64,000 bases of DNA from Eledone cirrhosa (GCA_964016885.1 OZ024741.1:260958001-261022000), one strand, 5' to 3'. Positions 12,173-27,528 are shown, counted from the stretch's first letter. Notes: a model not told the origin generated them from the sequence alone. A program made the numbers and translations.

Positions 12173-14556
12173 GTTTCGCTTTACGAGTGTTTCGGCGTAC
12201 GAGTGTTTCGACTTACGAGTGTTTTAACTTACGGTTGTTTCGACTTACCCGTTTTTCGACTACGAATGCTCCGACTTACGAGTGTTTCGACTTACGAGTG
12301 TTTCGACTTACGAGTGCTTTGACTTACGAATGTTTTGACTTACTTCGACTTACGAGTGATCTGACTTACGAGTGTTCCTACTTACGAGTGTTTCGACTTA
12401 CGAGTGTTTCGACGTACGAATGTTCTGGCATACGAGTGTTTCGGCTTATGAGTGTTTCGGCTTACGAGTGTTTCGACTTACGAGTGTTTCGGCTTACGAG
12501 TGTTTCAGTGTTTCGGCTTACGTGTGTTTCGACTTACGAGTGTTTCGACTTACGACTGTTTCGGCTTACGAGTGTTTCGGCTTACGAGTGCTTCGGCTTA
12601 CGAGTGTTTTGACTTACGAGTGTTTTGACTTACGATTGTTTGGCTTACGAGTGTTCTGACTTACGGGTGTTCTGACTTACGAGTGTTCCGACTTACGAGT
12701 GTTTCGGCTTATGAGGGTTTCGACTTACGAGTGCTTCGGCTTACGAGTGTTTCGACTTACGAGTGTTTCGGCTTACGAGTGTTTCGACTTCCGAGTGTTT
12801 TGACTTACGGTGTTTCGGCTTAGAGTGATTCGACTTACGAGTGTTTTGACTTACGGGTGATTTGACTTACGGGTGTTGTGAATTACGAGTGTTCCGATTT
12901 ACGAGTGTTTTGACTTACGGTGTTTCGGCTTACGAGTGATTCGACTTACGAATGTTTTGACTTACGGGTGTTTCGGCTTGCGAGTGTTTCGACTTACGAG
13001 TGTTTCGGCTTATGGGTGTTTCGACTTACTAATGTTTTTACTTACGAGTGGTTCGGCGTACGAGTGTTTTGACTTACGAGTGTTTCGACTTACGAGTGTT
13101 TCGACTTACGAGTGTTTCGGCTTACGTGAGTTTCGACTTAAGAGTGTTCTGATTTACGAGTGTTCTGACTTGCGGGTGTTCTGATTTACGAGTGTTCCGA
13201 CTTACGAGTGTTTCGGCTTATTAGTGTTTCGACTTACGAGTGTTTCGGCTTACGAGTGTTTCGACTTATGGGTGTTTCGACTTACGAGTGTTTTTACTTA
13301 CGGTGTTTCGGCTTACGAGTGTTTCGACATACGAGTGTTTTGACTTACGGGTGTTTCGACTTACGAGTGTTTCGACTTACGAATGTTTTGACTTACGGGT
13401 GTTTCGGCTTACGAGTGTTTCGACTTACGAGTGTTTCGGCTTACTAATGTTCTTACTTACGAGTGTTTCGGCGTACGAGAGTTTTGACCTACGAGTGTTT
13501 CGACTTACGAGTGTTTCGACTTACGAGTGTTTTGACTTACGAATGTTTTGACTTACGGGTGTTTCGGCTTACGAGTGTTTCGACTTACGAGTCTTTCGGC
13601 TTACGAGTGTTTCGACTTACTAATGTTTTTACTTACGAGTGTTTCGGCGTACGAGTGTTTCGACTTACGAGTGTTTCGATTTACGGGTGTTTTGACTTAC
13701 GGGTGTTTCGGCTTACGAGTGTTTTGACTTACGAGTGTTTTGACTTAAGGGTGTTTCGACTTACGAGTATTTCTGGCTTACGAGTGTTTCGACTTACGAG
13801 TGTTTTGACTTACCAGTGTTCTGATTTACGGATGTTTCGACATACGAGTGTTTCGACTTACGAGTGTTTCGACTTATGAGTGTTTCGACTTACGAGTGTT
13901 TCGGCTTATGAGTGTTTCGACTTACGAGTGCTTCGGCTTACGAGTGTTTCGACTTACGAGTATTTCGGCTTACGAGTGTTTCGACGTACGAATGTTTTGG
14001 CTTACGAGTGTTTCGGCTTATGAGTGTTTCGGCTTACGAGTGTTTCGACTTACGAGTGTTTCGGCTTACGAGTGTTTCAGTGTTTCGCCTTACGTGTGTT
14101 TCGACTTACGAGTGTTTCGACTTACGACTGTTTCGGCTTACGAGTGTATCGGCTTACGAGTGTTTCGGCTTACGAGTGTTTTGACTTACGAGTGTTTTGA
14201 CTTACGATTGTTTGGCTTACGAGTGTTCTGACTTACGGGTGTTCTGACTTACGAGTGTTCCGACTTACGAGTGTTTCGGCTTACGAGTGTTTCGGCTTAC
14301 GAGTGTTTCGACTTACGAGTGTTTCGACTTACGGGTGTTTCGACTTACGAGTGGTTTGGCTTACGGTGTTTCGGCTTACGAGTGTTTCGAATTACGAGTG
14401 TTTTGACTTACGCGTGTTTTGACATACGAGTGTTTCGATACGAGTGTTCTGACTTACGAGTGTTCTGACTTACGAGTGTTCTGACTTACGAGTGTTCCGA
14501 CTTTACGAGTGTTTCGGCTCACGAGTGTTTCGGCTTACGAGTGTTTCGACTTACGA

Positions 14557-14625
14557 AAATAACAAATAGACGCGGTTTCAAATCTCTATGATTTTCAAAT
14601 TCATTACATTAATCTTTATTTATAC
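14557..14625 (+). repeat. 69-bp spacer, subtype A
   Basis: Same as the 8509 copy. Confidence 0.93.
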
Positions 14626-15769
14626 GTTTCGCTTTACGAGTGTTTCGACTTACGAGTGTTCCGACTTACGAGTGTTCCGACTTACGAGTGTTCCGACTTA
14701 CGAGTGTTTCGGCTTACGAGTGTTTCCGGCTTACGAGTGTTTCGACTTACGAGTGTTTTGACTTACGGTGTTTCGGCTTACGAGTGATTCGACTTACGAG
14801 TGTTTTGACTTACGGGTGTTTTGACTTACGGGTGTTGTGAATTACGAGTGTTCCGATTTACGAGTGTTTTGACTTACGGTGTTTCGGCTTACGAGTGATT
14901 CGACTTACGAATGTTTTGACTTACGGGTGTTTCGGCTTGCTAGTGTTTCGACTTACGAGTGTTTCGGCTTATGAGTGTTTCGACTTACTACTGTTTTTAC
15001 TTACGAGTGTTTCGGCGTACGAGTGTTTTGACTTACGAGTGTTTCGAATTACGAGTGTTTTGACTTACGAATGTTTTGACTTACGGGTGTTTCGGCTTAC
15101 GAGTGTTTCGACTTACGAGTGTTTCGGCTTGCGAGTGTTTCGACTTACTAATGTTTTTACTTACGAGTTTTTCGGCGTACGAGTGTTTCGACTTACGAGT
15201 GTTTCGTCTTACGGGTGTTTTGACTTAAGGGTGTTTCGACTTACAAGTGTTTCGACTTACGAGTGTTTCGACTTACCAGTGTTCTGACTTACGAGTGTTC
15301 TGATTTACGGATGTTTCGACATACGAGTGTTTCGACTTACGAGTGTTTCGACTTACGAGTGTTTTGACTTACGGGTGTTTTGACATACGAGTGTTTCGAT
15401 ACGAGTGTTTCGACTTACGAGTGTTCTGACTTACGAGTGTTCTGACTTACGAGTGTTCTGATTTACGAGTGTTCCGACTTACGAGTGTTTCGGCTTACGA
15501 GTGTTTCGGCTTACGAGTGTTTCGACTTACGAGTGTTTCGACTTACGAGTGTTCCGACTTACGGGTGTTTCGACTTACGAGTGGTTTGGCTTACGGTGTT
15601 TCGGCTTACGAGTGTTTCGAGTTACGAGTGTTTTGACTTACGCGTGTTTTGACATACGAGTGTTTCGATACGAGTGTTCTGACTTACGAGTGTTCTGACT
15701 TACGAGTGTTCCGACTTACGAGTGTTTCTACTTACGAGTGTTTCGGCTTACGAGTGTTTCGACTTACGA

Positions 15770-15838
15770 AAATATCAAATAGACGCGGTTTCAAATATCT
15801 ATGCTTTTCAAATTCATTACATTAATCTTTATTTACAC
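15770..15838 (+). repeat. 69-bp spacer, subtype B (private AATATC variant)
   Basis: Same as the 9706 copy with one substitution. Confidence 0.93.
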
Positions 15839-16482
15839 GTTTCGCTTTACGAGTGTTTCGACGTACGAGTGTTTCGACTTACGAGTGTTTTAACTTACGG
15901 TTGTTTCGACTTACGCGTTTTTAGACTACGAATGTTCCGACTTACGAGTGTTCCGACTTACGAGTGTTTCGACTTGCGAGTGCTTTGACTTACGAATGTT
16001 TTGACTTACTTCGACTTACGAGTGATCTGACTTACGAGTGTTCCTACTTACGAGTGTTTCGACTTACGAGTGTTTCGACTTGCGAGTGTTTCGACTTACG
16101 AGTGCTTCGGCTTACGAGTGTTTCGGTGTTTCGGCTTACCTGTGTTTCGACTTACGAGTGTTTCGACTTACGAGTGTTTCGGCTTATGAGTGTTTCGACT
16201 TACGAGTGCTTCGGCTTACGAGTGTTTCGACTTACGAGTATTTCGGCTTACGAGTGTTTCCACGTACGAATGTTTTGGCTTACGAGTGTTTCGGCTTATG
16301 AGTGTTTCGACTTACGAGTGTTTCGACTTACGAGTGTTTCGGCTTACGAGTGTTTCGACTTACGAGTGTTTCGGCTTACGAGTGTTTCAGTGTTTCGGCT
16401 TACGTGTGTTTCGACTTACGAGTGTTTCGACTTACGACTGTTTCGGCTTACGAGTGTTTCGGCTTACGAGTGTTTCGGCTTA

Positions 16483-17297
16483 TATATAAACGTTTCTATT
16501 TCCATCGTTTTATCGTAAACGTTTATATATTTCCATCGTTATATCATAACGTTTATATTTCCGTCACTAATCTCTTTTTCTCCTTTTCCGTTTTAATATA
16601 TATTTATTTCAAAGATTTCACCGTATAGATAACATATATATTTATACATGCATAAAAGACACACCGAGAGACGGTGAAAATGTGGTGCCAAAAACATTTC
16701 TCATCCAAATCTCAACAATATCAGTATATACACTAGATTTGCTAGCAGAAAACCGCCCACCGGGTGGTTTTCTGCTATTCTATATATATAAAACTGAGGA
16801 TGTCTGTCTGTGTGTGAGTTTGAATCCCTAAAACTCGAGAACCACCCAACCGACTGTTTTCAAACTTTACACATGTAATAATTATGTTTCAGGGAGTGTT
16901 CTGAGAAAAGAATATTTCAAATTTTCAATGCCGTAGGGACCACATTAGGCGATTTAGCGATCTCTCTCTATAATTCTTAGTCTTTCTCTTTTTAGATAGA
17001 ATTTTCAATGTCGTAGGGACCACATTAGGCGATTTAGCGATCTCTCTCTATAATTCTTAGTCTTTCTCTTTTTAGATAGATACATACATATGACGTCGTG
17101 CCCTTATAATATCTGTCTGTATGTCTGGCTGTCTGCATTACGTCACTTCCCTGAGGATGTCTGTGTGTGTGTGTGTCTGTGAGTTTGAATCCCTAAAATG
17201 CGAGAAGTACCCAACCGATTTTTTTCAAACTTTACATGTGTATTACTTATGTTTCAGGGAGTGTTTGTTATGCACATAAAATTCAACCTTTTGATCT
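16483..17297 (+). mobile_element. 815-bp Helitron-like island 2
   Basis: Same length and junctions as island 1. One private substitution seen (16534). TC end at 16779. Confidence 0.65.
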
Positions 17298-18169
17298 GGT
17301 GTTTTGACTTACGAGTGTTTCGATACGAGTGTTTCGACTTACGAGTGTTCTGACTTACGAGTGTTCTGACTTACGAGCGTTCTGACTTACGAGTGTTCCG
17401 ACTTACGTGTGTTTCGGCTTACGAGTGTTTCGACTTACGAGTGTTCTGACTTACGAGTGTTTCGACTTACGAGCGTTCCGACTTACGAGTGTTTCGACTT
17501 ACGAGTGTTTCGACTTACGAGTGTTTCGACTTACGAGTGTTTTGACTTACGGGTGTTTCGACTTACGAGTGTTTCGACTTACGAGTGTTTTAACTTACGG
17601 GTGTTTCGTCTTACACGTGTTTCGACTTGCGAGTGTTTCGACTTACGAGTATTTCGACTTACGAGTGTTTCGACTTACGAGTGTTTTGACTTACGGTGTT
17701 TCGGCTTACGAGTGTTTCGACATACGAGTGTTTCGGCGTACGAGTGTTTTGACTTACGAGTGTTTCGACTTACGAGTGCTTTGACTTACGAATGTTTTGA
17801 ATTACTTCGACTTACGAGTGATCTGACTTTCGAGTGTTCCTACTTACGAGTGTTTCGACATACGAGTGTTTCGACTTGCGAGTGTTTCGACTTACGAGTG
17901 TTTCGACTTACGAGTGTTCTGACTTACGAGTGTTCTGACTTACGATTGTTCCGACTTACGAGTGTTTTGACTTACGAATGTTCTGACTTACGGGTGTTTC
18001 GCCTTACGAGTGTTTCGACTTACGAGTGTTTTAACTTACGGGTGTTTCGACTTACGCGTGTTTCGACTTACGAGTGTTTCGACTTACGAGTGTTTCGACT
18101 TACGAATGTTCCGACTTACGAGTGTTTCTACTTACGAGTGTTTCGGCTTACGAGTGTTTCGACTTACGA

Positions 18170-18238
18170 AAATAACAAATAGACGCGGTTTCAAATATCT
18201 ATGCTTTTCACATTCATTACATTAATCTTTATTTATAC
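18170..18238 (+). repeat. 69-bp spacer, subtype C
   Basis: Same as the 12104 copy. Confidence 0.93.
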
Positions 18239-20590
18239 GTTTCGCTTTACGAGTGTTTCGGCGTACGAGTGTTTCGACTTACGAGTGTTTTAACTTACGG
18301 TTGTTTCGACTTACCCGTTTTTCGACTACGAATGTTCCGACTTACGAGTGTTTCGACTTACGAGTGTTTCGACTTACGAGTGCTTTGACTTACGAATGTT
18401 TTGACTTACTTCGACTTACGAGTGATCTGACTTACGAGTGTTCCTACTTACGAGTGTTTCGACTTACGAGTGTTTCGACGTACGAATGTTCTGGCATACG
18501 AGTGTTTCGGCTTATGAGTGTTTCGGCTTACGAGTGTTTCGACTTACGAGTGTTTCGGCTTACGAGTGTTTCAGTGTTTCGGCTTACGTGTGTTTCGACT
18601 TACGAGTGTTTCGACTTACGACTGTTTCGGCTTACGAGTGTTTCGGCTTACGAGTGCTTCGGCTTACGAGTGTTTTGACTTACGAGTGTTTTGACTTACG
18701 ATTGTTTGGCTTACGAGTGTTCTGACTTACGGGTGTTCTGACTTACGAGTGTTCCGACTTACGAGTGTTTCGGCTTATGAGGGTTTCGACTTACGAGTGC
18801 TTCGGCTTACGAGTGTTTCGACTTACGAGTGTTTCGGCTTACGAGTGTTTCGACTTCCGAGTGTTTTGACTTACGGTGTTTCGGCTTAGAGTGATTCGAC
18901 TTACGAGTGTTTTGACTTACGGGTGATTTGACTTACGGGTGTTGTGAATTACGAGTGTTCCGATTTACGAGTGTTTTGACTTACGGTGTTTCGGCTTACG
19001 AGTGATTCGACTTACGAATGTTTTGACTTACGGGTGTTTCGGCTTGCGAGTGTTTCGACTTACGAGTGTTTCGGCTTATGGGTGTTTCGACTTACTAATG
19101 TTTTTACTTACGAGTGGTTCGGCGTACGAGTGTTTCGACTTACGAGTGTTTCGGCTTACGTGAGTTTCGACTTAAGAGTGTTCTGATTTACGAGTGTTCT
19201 GACTTGCGGGTGTTCTGATTTACGAGTGTTCCGACTTACGAGTGTTTCGGCTTATTAGTGTTTCGACTTACGAGTGTTTCGGCTTACGAGTGTTTCGACT
19301 TATGGGTGTTTCGACTTACGAGTGTTTTTACTTACGGTGTTTCGGCTTACGAGTGTTTCGACATACGAGTGTTTTGACTTACGGGTGTTTCGACTTACGA
19401 GTGTTTCGACTTACGAATGTTTTGACTTACGGGTGTTTCGGCTTACGAGTGTTTCGACTTACGAGTGTTTCGGCTTACTAATGTTCTTACTTACGAGTGT
19501 TTCGGCGTACGAGAGTTTTGACTTACGAGTGTTTCGACTTACGAGTGTTTCGACTTACGAGTGTTTTGACTTACGAATGTTTTGACTTACGGGTGTTTCG
19601 GCTTACGAGTGTTTCGACTTACGAGTCTTTCGGCTTACGAGTGTTTCGACTTACTAATGTTTTTACTTACGAGTGTTTCGGCGTACGAGTGTTTCGACTT
19701 ACGAGTGTTTCGATTTACGGGTGTTTTGACTTACGGGTGTTTCGGCTTACGAGTGTTTTGACTTACGAGTGTTTTGACTTAAGGGTGTTTCGACTTACTA
19801 GTATTTCTGGCTTACGAGTGTTTCGACTTACGAGTGTTTTGACTTACCAGTGTTCTGATTTACGGATGTTTCGACATACGAGTGTTTCGACTTACGAGTG
19901 TTTCGACTTATGAGTGTTTCGACTTACGAGTGTTTCGGCTTATGAGTGTTTCGACTTACGAGTGCTTCGGCTTACGAGTGTTTCGACTTACGAGTATTTC
20001 GGCTTACGAGTGTTTCGACGTACGAATGTTTTGGCTTACGAGTGTTTCGGCTTATGAGTGTTTCGGCTTACGAGTGTTTCGACTTACGAGTGTTTCGGCT
20101 TACGAGTGTTTCAGTGTTTCGGCTTACGTGTGTTTCGACTTACGAGTGTTTCGACTTACGACTGTTTCGGCTTACGAGTGTATCGGCTTACGAGTGTTTC
20201 GGCTTACGAGTGTTTTGACTTACGAGTGTTTTGACTTACGATTGTTTGGCTTACGAGTGTTCTGACTTACGGGTGTTCTGACTTACGAGTGTTCCGACTT
20301 ACGAGTGTTTCGGCTTACGAGTGTTTCGGCTTACGAGTGTTTCGACTTACGAGTGTTTCGACTTACGGGTGTTTCGACTTACGAGTGGTTTGGCTTACGG
20401 TGTTTCGGCTTACGAGTGTTTCGAATTACGAGTGTTTTGACTTACGCGTGTTTTGACATACGAGTGTTTCGATACGAGTGTTCTGACTTACGAGTGTTCT
20501 GACTTACGAGTGTTCTGACTTACGAGTGTTCCGACTTTACGAGTGTTTCGGCTCACGAGTGTTTCGGCTTACGAGTGTTTCGACTTACGA

Positions 20591-20659
20591 AAATAACAAA
20601 TAGACGCGGTTTCAAATCTCTATGATTTTCAAATTCATTACATTAATCTTTATTTATAC
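20591..20659 (+). repeat. 69-bp spacer, subtype A
   Basis: Same as the 8509 copy. Confidence 0.93.
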
Positions 20660-21598
20660 GTTTCGCTTTACGAGTGTTTCGACTTACGAGTGTTCCGACT
20701 TACGAGTGTTCCGACTTACGAGTGTTTCGGCTTACGAGTGTTTCCGGCTTACGAGTGTTTCGACTTACGAGTGTTTTGACTTACGGTGTTTCGGCTTACG
20801 AGTGATTCGACTTACGAGTGTTTTGACTTACGGGTGTTTTGACTTACGGGTGTTGTGAATTACGAGTGTTCCGATTTACGAGTGTTTTGACTTACGGTGT
20901 TTCGGCTTACGAGTGATTCGACTTACGAATGTTTTGACTTACGGGTGTTTCGGCTTGCTAGTGTTTCGACTTACGAGTGTTTCGGCTTATGAGTGTTTCG
21001 ACTTACTACTGTTTTTACTTACGAGTGTTTCGGCGTACGAGTGTTTTGACTTACGAGTGTTTCGAATTACGAGTGTTTTGACTTACGAATGTTTTGACTT
21101 ACGGGTGTTTCGGCTTACGAGTGTTTCGACTTACGAGTGTTTCGGCTTGCGAGTGTTTCGACTTACTAATGTTTTTACTTACGAGTTTTTCGGCGTACGA
21201 GTGTTTCGACTTACGAGTGTTTCGTCTTACGGGTGTTTTGACTTACGGGTGTTTCGGCTTGCTAGTGTTTCGACTTACAAGTGTTTCGACTTACGAGTGT
21301 TTCGACTTACCAGTGTTCTGACTTACGAGTGTTCTGATTTACGGATGTTTCGACATACGAGTGTTTCGACTTACGAGTGTTTCGACTTACGAGTGTTTTG
21401 ACTTACGGGTGTTTTGACATACGAGTGTTTCGATACGAGTGTTTCGACTTACGAGTGTTCTGACTTACGAGTGTTCTGACTTACGAGTGTTCTGATTTAC
21501 GAGTGTTCCGACTTACGAGTGTTTCGGCTTACGAGTGTTTCGGCTTACGAGTGTTTCGACTTACGAGTGTTTCGACTTACGAGTGTTTCGACTTACGA

Positions 21599-21667
21599 AA
21601 ATAACAAATAGACGCGGTTTCAAATATCTATGCTTTTCAAATTCATTACATTAATCTTTATTTACAC
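21599..21667 (+). repeat. 69-bp spacer, subtype B
   Basis: Same as the 9706 copy. Confidence 0.93.
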
Positions 21668-22311
21668 GTTTCGCTTTACGAGTGTTTCGACGTACGAGTG
21701 TTTCGACTTACGAGTGTTTTAACTTACGGTTGTTTCGACTTACGCGTTTTTAGACTACGAATGTTCCGACTTACGAGTGTTTCGACTTACGAGTGTTTCG
21801 ACTTGCGAGTGCTTTGACTTACGAATGTTTTGACTTACTTCGACTTACGAGTGATCTGACTTACGAGTGTTCCTACTTACGAGTGTTTCGACTTACGAGT
21901 GTTTCGACTTGCGAGTGTTTCGACTTACGAGTGCTTCGGCTTACGAGTGTTTCGTTGTTTCGGCTTACCTGTGTTTCGACTTACGAGTGTTTCGACTTAC
22001 GAGTGTTTCGGCTTATGAGTGTTTCGACTTACGAGTGCTTCGGCTTACGAGTGTTTCGACTTACGAGTATTTCGGCTTACGAGTGTTTCCACGTACGAAT
22101 GTTTTGGCTTACGAGTGTTTCGGCTTATGAGTGTTTCGACTTACGAGTGTTTCGACTTACGAGTGTTTCGGCTTACGAGTGTTTCGACTTACGAGTGTTT
22201 CGGCTTACGAGTGTTTCAGTGTTTCGGCTTACGTGTGTTTCGACTTACGAGTGTTTCGACTTACGACTGTTTCGGCTTACGAGTGTTTCGGCTTACGAGT
22301 GTTTCGGCTTA

Positions 22312-23126
22312 TATATAAACGTTTCTATTTCCATCGTTTTATCGTAAACGTTTATATATTTCTATCGTTATATCATAACGTTTATATTTCCGTCACTAAT
22401 CTCTTTTTCTCCTTTTCCGTTTTAATATATATTTATTTCAAAGATTTCACCGTATAGATAACATATATATTTATACATGCATAAAAGACACACCGAGAGA
22501 CGGTGAAAATGTGGTGCCAAAAACATTTCTCATCCAAATCTCAACAATATCAGTATATACACTAGATTTGCTAGCAGAAAACCGCCCACCGGGTGGTTTT
22601 CTGCTATTCTATATATATAAAACTGAGGATGTCTGTCTGTGTGTGAGTTTGAATCCCTAAAACTCGAGAACCACCCAACCGACTGTTTTCAAACTTTACA
22701 CATGTAATAATTATGTTTCAGGGAGTGTTCTGAGAAAAGAATATTTCAAATTTTCAATGCCGTAGGGACCACATTAGGCGATTTAGCGATCTCTCTCTAT
22801 AATTCTTAGTCTTTCTCTTTTTAGATAGAATTTTCAATGTCGTAGGGACCACATTAGGCGATTTAGCGATCTCTCTCTATAATTCTTAGTCTTTCTCTTT
22901 TTAGATAGATACATACATATGACGTCGTGCCCTTATAATATCTGTCTGTATGTCTGGCTGTCTGCATTACGTCACTTCCCTGAGGATGTCTGTGTGTGTG
23001 TGTGTCTGTGAGTTTGAATCCCTAAAATGCGAGAAGTACCCAACCGATTTTTTTCAAACTTTACATGTGTATTACTTATGTTTCAGGGAGTGTTTGTTAT
23101 GCACATAAAATTCAACCTTTTGATCT
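22312..23126 (+). mobile_element. 815-bp Helitron-like island 3
   Basis: Same length and junctions as island 1. TC end at 22608. Confidence 0.65.
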
Positions 23127-23998
23127 GGTGTTTTGACTTACGAGTGTTTCGATACGAGTGTTTCGACTTACGAGTGTTCTGACTTACGAGTGTTCTGACT
23201 TACGAGCGTTCTGACTTACGAGTGTTCCGACTTACGTGTGTTTCGGCTTACGAGTGTTTCGACTTACGAGTGTTCTGACTTACGAGTCTTTCGACTTACG
23301 AGCGTTCCGACTTACGAGTGTTTCGACTTACGAGTGTTTCGACTTACGAGTGTTTCGACTTACGAGTGTTTTGACTTACGGGTGTTTCGACTTACGAGTG
23401 TTTCGACTTACGAGTGTTTTAACTTACGGGTGTTTCGACTTACACGTGTTTCGACTTGCGAGTGTTTCGACTTACGAGTATTTCGACTTACGAGTGTTTC
23501 GACTTACGAGTGTTTTGACTTACGGTGTTTCGGCTTACGAGTGTTTCGACATACGAGTGTTTCGGCGTACGAGTGTTTTGACTTACGAGTGTTTCGACTT
23601 ACGAGTGCTTTGACTTACGAATGTTTTGAATTACTTCGACTTACGAGTGATCTGACTTTCGAGTGTTCCTACTTACGAGTGTTTCGACATACGAGTGTTT
23701 CGACTTGCGAGTGTTTCGACTTACGAGTGTTTCGACTTACGAGTGTTCTGACTTACGAGTGTTCTGACTTACGATTGTTCCGACTTACGAGTGTTTTGTT
23801 TTACGAATGTTCTGACTTACGGGTGTTTCGCCTTACGAGTGTTTCGACTTACGAGTGTTTTAACTTACGGGTGTTTCGACTTACGCGTGTTTCGACTTAC
23901 GAGTGTTTCGACTTACGAGTGTTTCGACTTACGAATGTTCCGACTTACGAGTGTTTCTACTTACGAGTGTTTCGGCTTACGAGTGTTTCGACTTACGA

Positions 23999-24067
23999 AA
24001 ATAACAAATAGACGCGGTTTCAAATATCTATGCTTTTCACATTCATTACATTAATCTTTATTTATAC
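23999..24067 (+). repeat. 69-bp spacer, subtype C
   Basis: Same as the 12104 copy. Confidence 0.93.
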
Positions 24068-26451
24068 GTTTCGCTTTACGAGTGTTTCAGCGTACGAGTG
24101 TTTCGACTTACGAGTGTTTTAACTTACGGTTGTTTCGACTTACCCGTTTTTCGACTACGAATGTTCCGACTTACGAGTGTTTCGACTTACGATTGTTTCG
24201 ACTTACGAGTGCTTTCACTTACGAATGTTTTGACTTACTTCGACTTACGAGTGATCTGACTTACGAGTGTTCCTACTTACGAGTGTTTCGACTTACGAGT
24301 GTTTCGACGTACGAATGTTCTGGCATACGAGTGTTTCGGCTTATGAGTGTTTCGGCTTACGAGTGTTTCGACTTACGAGTGTTTCGGCTTACGAGTGTTT
24401 CAGTGTTTCGGCTTACGTGTGTTTCGACTTACGAGTGTTTCGACTTACGACTGTTTCGGCTTACGAGTGTTTCGGCTTACGAGTGCTTCGGCTTACGAGT
24501 GTTTTGACTTACGAGTGTTTTGACTTACGATTGTTTGGCTTACGAGTGTTCTGACTTACGGGTGTTCTGACTTACGAGTGTTCCGACTTACGAGTGTTTC
24601 GGCTTATGAGGGTTTCGACTTACGAGTGCTTCGGCTTACGAGTGTTTCGACTTAGGAGTGTTTCGGCTTACGAGTGTTTCGACTTCCGAGTGTTTTGACT
24701 TACGGTGTTTCGGCTTAGAGTGATTCGACTTACGAGTGTTTTGACTTACGGGTGATTTGACTTACGGGTGTTGTGAATTACGAGTGTTCCGATTTACGAG
24801 TGTTTTGACTTACGGTGTTTCGGCTTACGAGTGATTCGACTTACGAATGTTTTGACTTACGGGTGTTTCGGCTTGCGAGTGTTTCGACTTACGAGTGTTT
24901 CGGCTTATGGGTGTTTCGACTTACTAATGTTTTTACTTACGAGTGGTTCGGCGTACGAGTGTTTTGACTTACGAGTGTTTCGACTTACGAGTGTTTCGAC
25001 TTACGAGTGTTTCGGCTTACGTGAGTTTCGACTTAAGAGTGTTCTGATTTACGAGTGTTCTGACTTGCGGGTGTTCTGATTTACGAGTGTTCCGACTTAC
25101 GAGTGTTTCGGCTTATTAGTGTTTCGACTTACGAGTGTTTCGGCTTACGAGTGTTTCGACTTATGGGTGTTTCGACTTACGAGTGTTTTTACTTACGGTG
25201 TTTCGGCTTACGAGTGTTTCGACATACGAGTGTTTTGACTTACGGGTGTTTCGACTTACGAGTGTTTCGACTTACGAATGTTTTGACTTACGGGTGTTTC
25301 GGCTTACGAGTGTTTCGACTTACGAGTGTTTCGGCTTACTAATGTTCTTACTTACGAGTGTTTCGGCGTACGAGAGTTTTGACTTACGAGTGTTTCGACT
25401 TACGAGTGTTTCGACTTACGAGTGTTTTGACTTACGAATGTTTTGACTTACGGGTGTTTCGGCTTACGAGTGTTTCGACTTACGAGTCTTTCGGCTTACG
25501 AGTGTTTCGACTTACTAATGTTTTTACTTACGAGTGTTTCGGCGTACGAGTGTTTCGACTTACGAGTGTTTCGATTTACGGGTGTTTTGACTTACGGGTG
25601 TTTCGGCTTACGAGTGTTTTGACTTACGAGTGTTTTGACTTAAGGGTGTTTCGACTTACTAGTATTTCTGGCTTACGAGTGTTTCGACTTACGAGTGTTT
25701 TGACTTACCAGTGTTCTGATTTACGGATGTTTCGACATACGAGTGTTTCGACTTACGAGTGTTTCGACTTATGAATGTTTCGACTTACGAGTGTTTCGGC
25801 TTATGAGTGTTTCGACTTACGAGTGCTTCGGCTTACGAGTGTTTCGACTTACGAGTATTTCGGCTTACGAGTGTTTCGACGTACGAATGTTTTGGCTTAC
25901 GAGTGTTTCGGCTTATGAGTGTTTCGGCTTACGAGTGTTTCGACTTACGAGTGTTTCGGCTTACGTGTGTTTCAGTGTTTCGGCTTACGTGTGTTTCGAC
26001 TTACGAGTGTTTCGACTTACGACTGTTTCGGCTTACGAGTGTATCGGCTTACGAGTGTTTCGGCTTACGAGTGTTTTGACTTACGAGTGTTTTGACTTAC
26101 GATTGTTTGGCTTACGAGTGTTCTGACTTACGGGTGTTCTGACTTACGAGTGTTCCGACTTACGAGTGTTTCGGCTTACGAGTGTTTCGGCTTACGAGTG
26201 TTTCGACTTACGAGTGTTTCGACTTACGGGTGTTTCGACTTACGAGTGGTTTGGCTTACGGTGTTTCGGCTTACGAGTGTTTCGAATTACGAGTGTTTTG
26301 ACTTACGCGTGTTTTGACATACGAGTGTTTCGATACGAGTGTTCTGACTTACGAGTGTTCTGACTTACGAGTGTTCTGACTTACGAGTGTTCCGACTTTA
26401 CGAGTGTTTCGGCTCACGAGTGTTTCGGCTTACGAGTGTTTCGACTTACGA

Positions 26452-26520
26452 AAATAACAAATAGACGCGGTTTCAAATCTCTATGATTTTCAAATTCATT
26501 ACATTAATCTTTATTTATAC
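26452..26520 (+). repeat. 69-bp spacer, subtype A
   Basis: Same as the 8509 copy. Confidence 0.93.
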
Positions 26521-27459
26521 GTTTCGCTTTACGAGTGTTTCGACTTACGAGTGTTCCGACTTACGAGTGTTCCGACTTACGAGTGTTTCGGCTTACGAGT
26601 GTTTCCGGCTTACGAGTGTTTCGACTTACGAGTGTTTTGACTTACGGTGTTTCGGCTTACGAGTGATTCGACTTACGAGTGTTTTGACTTACGGGTGTTT
26701 TGACTTACGGGTGTTGTGAATTACGAGTGTTCCGATTTACGAGTGTTTTGACTTACGGTGTTTCGGCTTACGAGTGATTCGACTTACGAATGTTTTGACT
26801 TACGGGTGTTTCGGCTTGCTAGTGTTTCGACTTACGAGTGTTTCGGCTTATGAGTGTTTCGACTTACTACTGTTTTTACTTACGAGTGTTTCGGTGTACG
26901 AGTGTTTTGACTTACGAGTGTTTCGAATTACGAGTGTTTTGACTTACGAATGTTTTGACTTACGGGTGTTTCGGCTTACGAGTGTTTCGACTTACGAGTG
27001 TTTCGGCTTGCGAGTGTTTCGACTTACTAATGTTTTTACTTACGAGTTTTTCGGCGTACGAGTGTTTCGACTTACGAGTGTTTCGTCTTACGGGTGTTTT
27101 GACTTACGGGTGTTTCGGCTTGCTAGTGTTTCGACTTACAAGTGTTTCGACTTACGAGTGTTTCGACTTACCAGTGTTCTGACTTACGAGTGTTCTGATT
27201 TACGGATGTTTCGACATACGAGTGTTTCGACTTACGAGTGTTTCGACTTACGAGTGTTTTGACTTACGGGTGTTTTGACATACGAGTGTTTCGATACGAG
27301 TGTTTCGACTTACGAGTGTTCTGACTTACGAGTGTTCTGACTTACGAGTGTTCTGATTTACGAGTGTTCCGACTTACGAGTGTTTCGGCTTACGAGTGTT
27401 TCGGCTTACGAGTGTTTCGACTTACGAGTGTTTCGACTTACGAGTGTTTCGACTTACGA

Positions 27460-27528
27460 AAATAACAAATAGACGCGGTTTCAAATATCTATGCTTTTCA
27501 AATTCATTACATTAATCTTTATTTACAC
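27460..27528 (+). repeat. 69-bp spacer, subtype B
   Basis: Same as the 9706 copy. Confidence 0.93.
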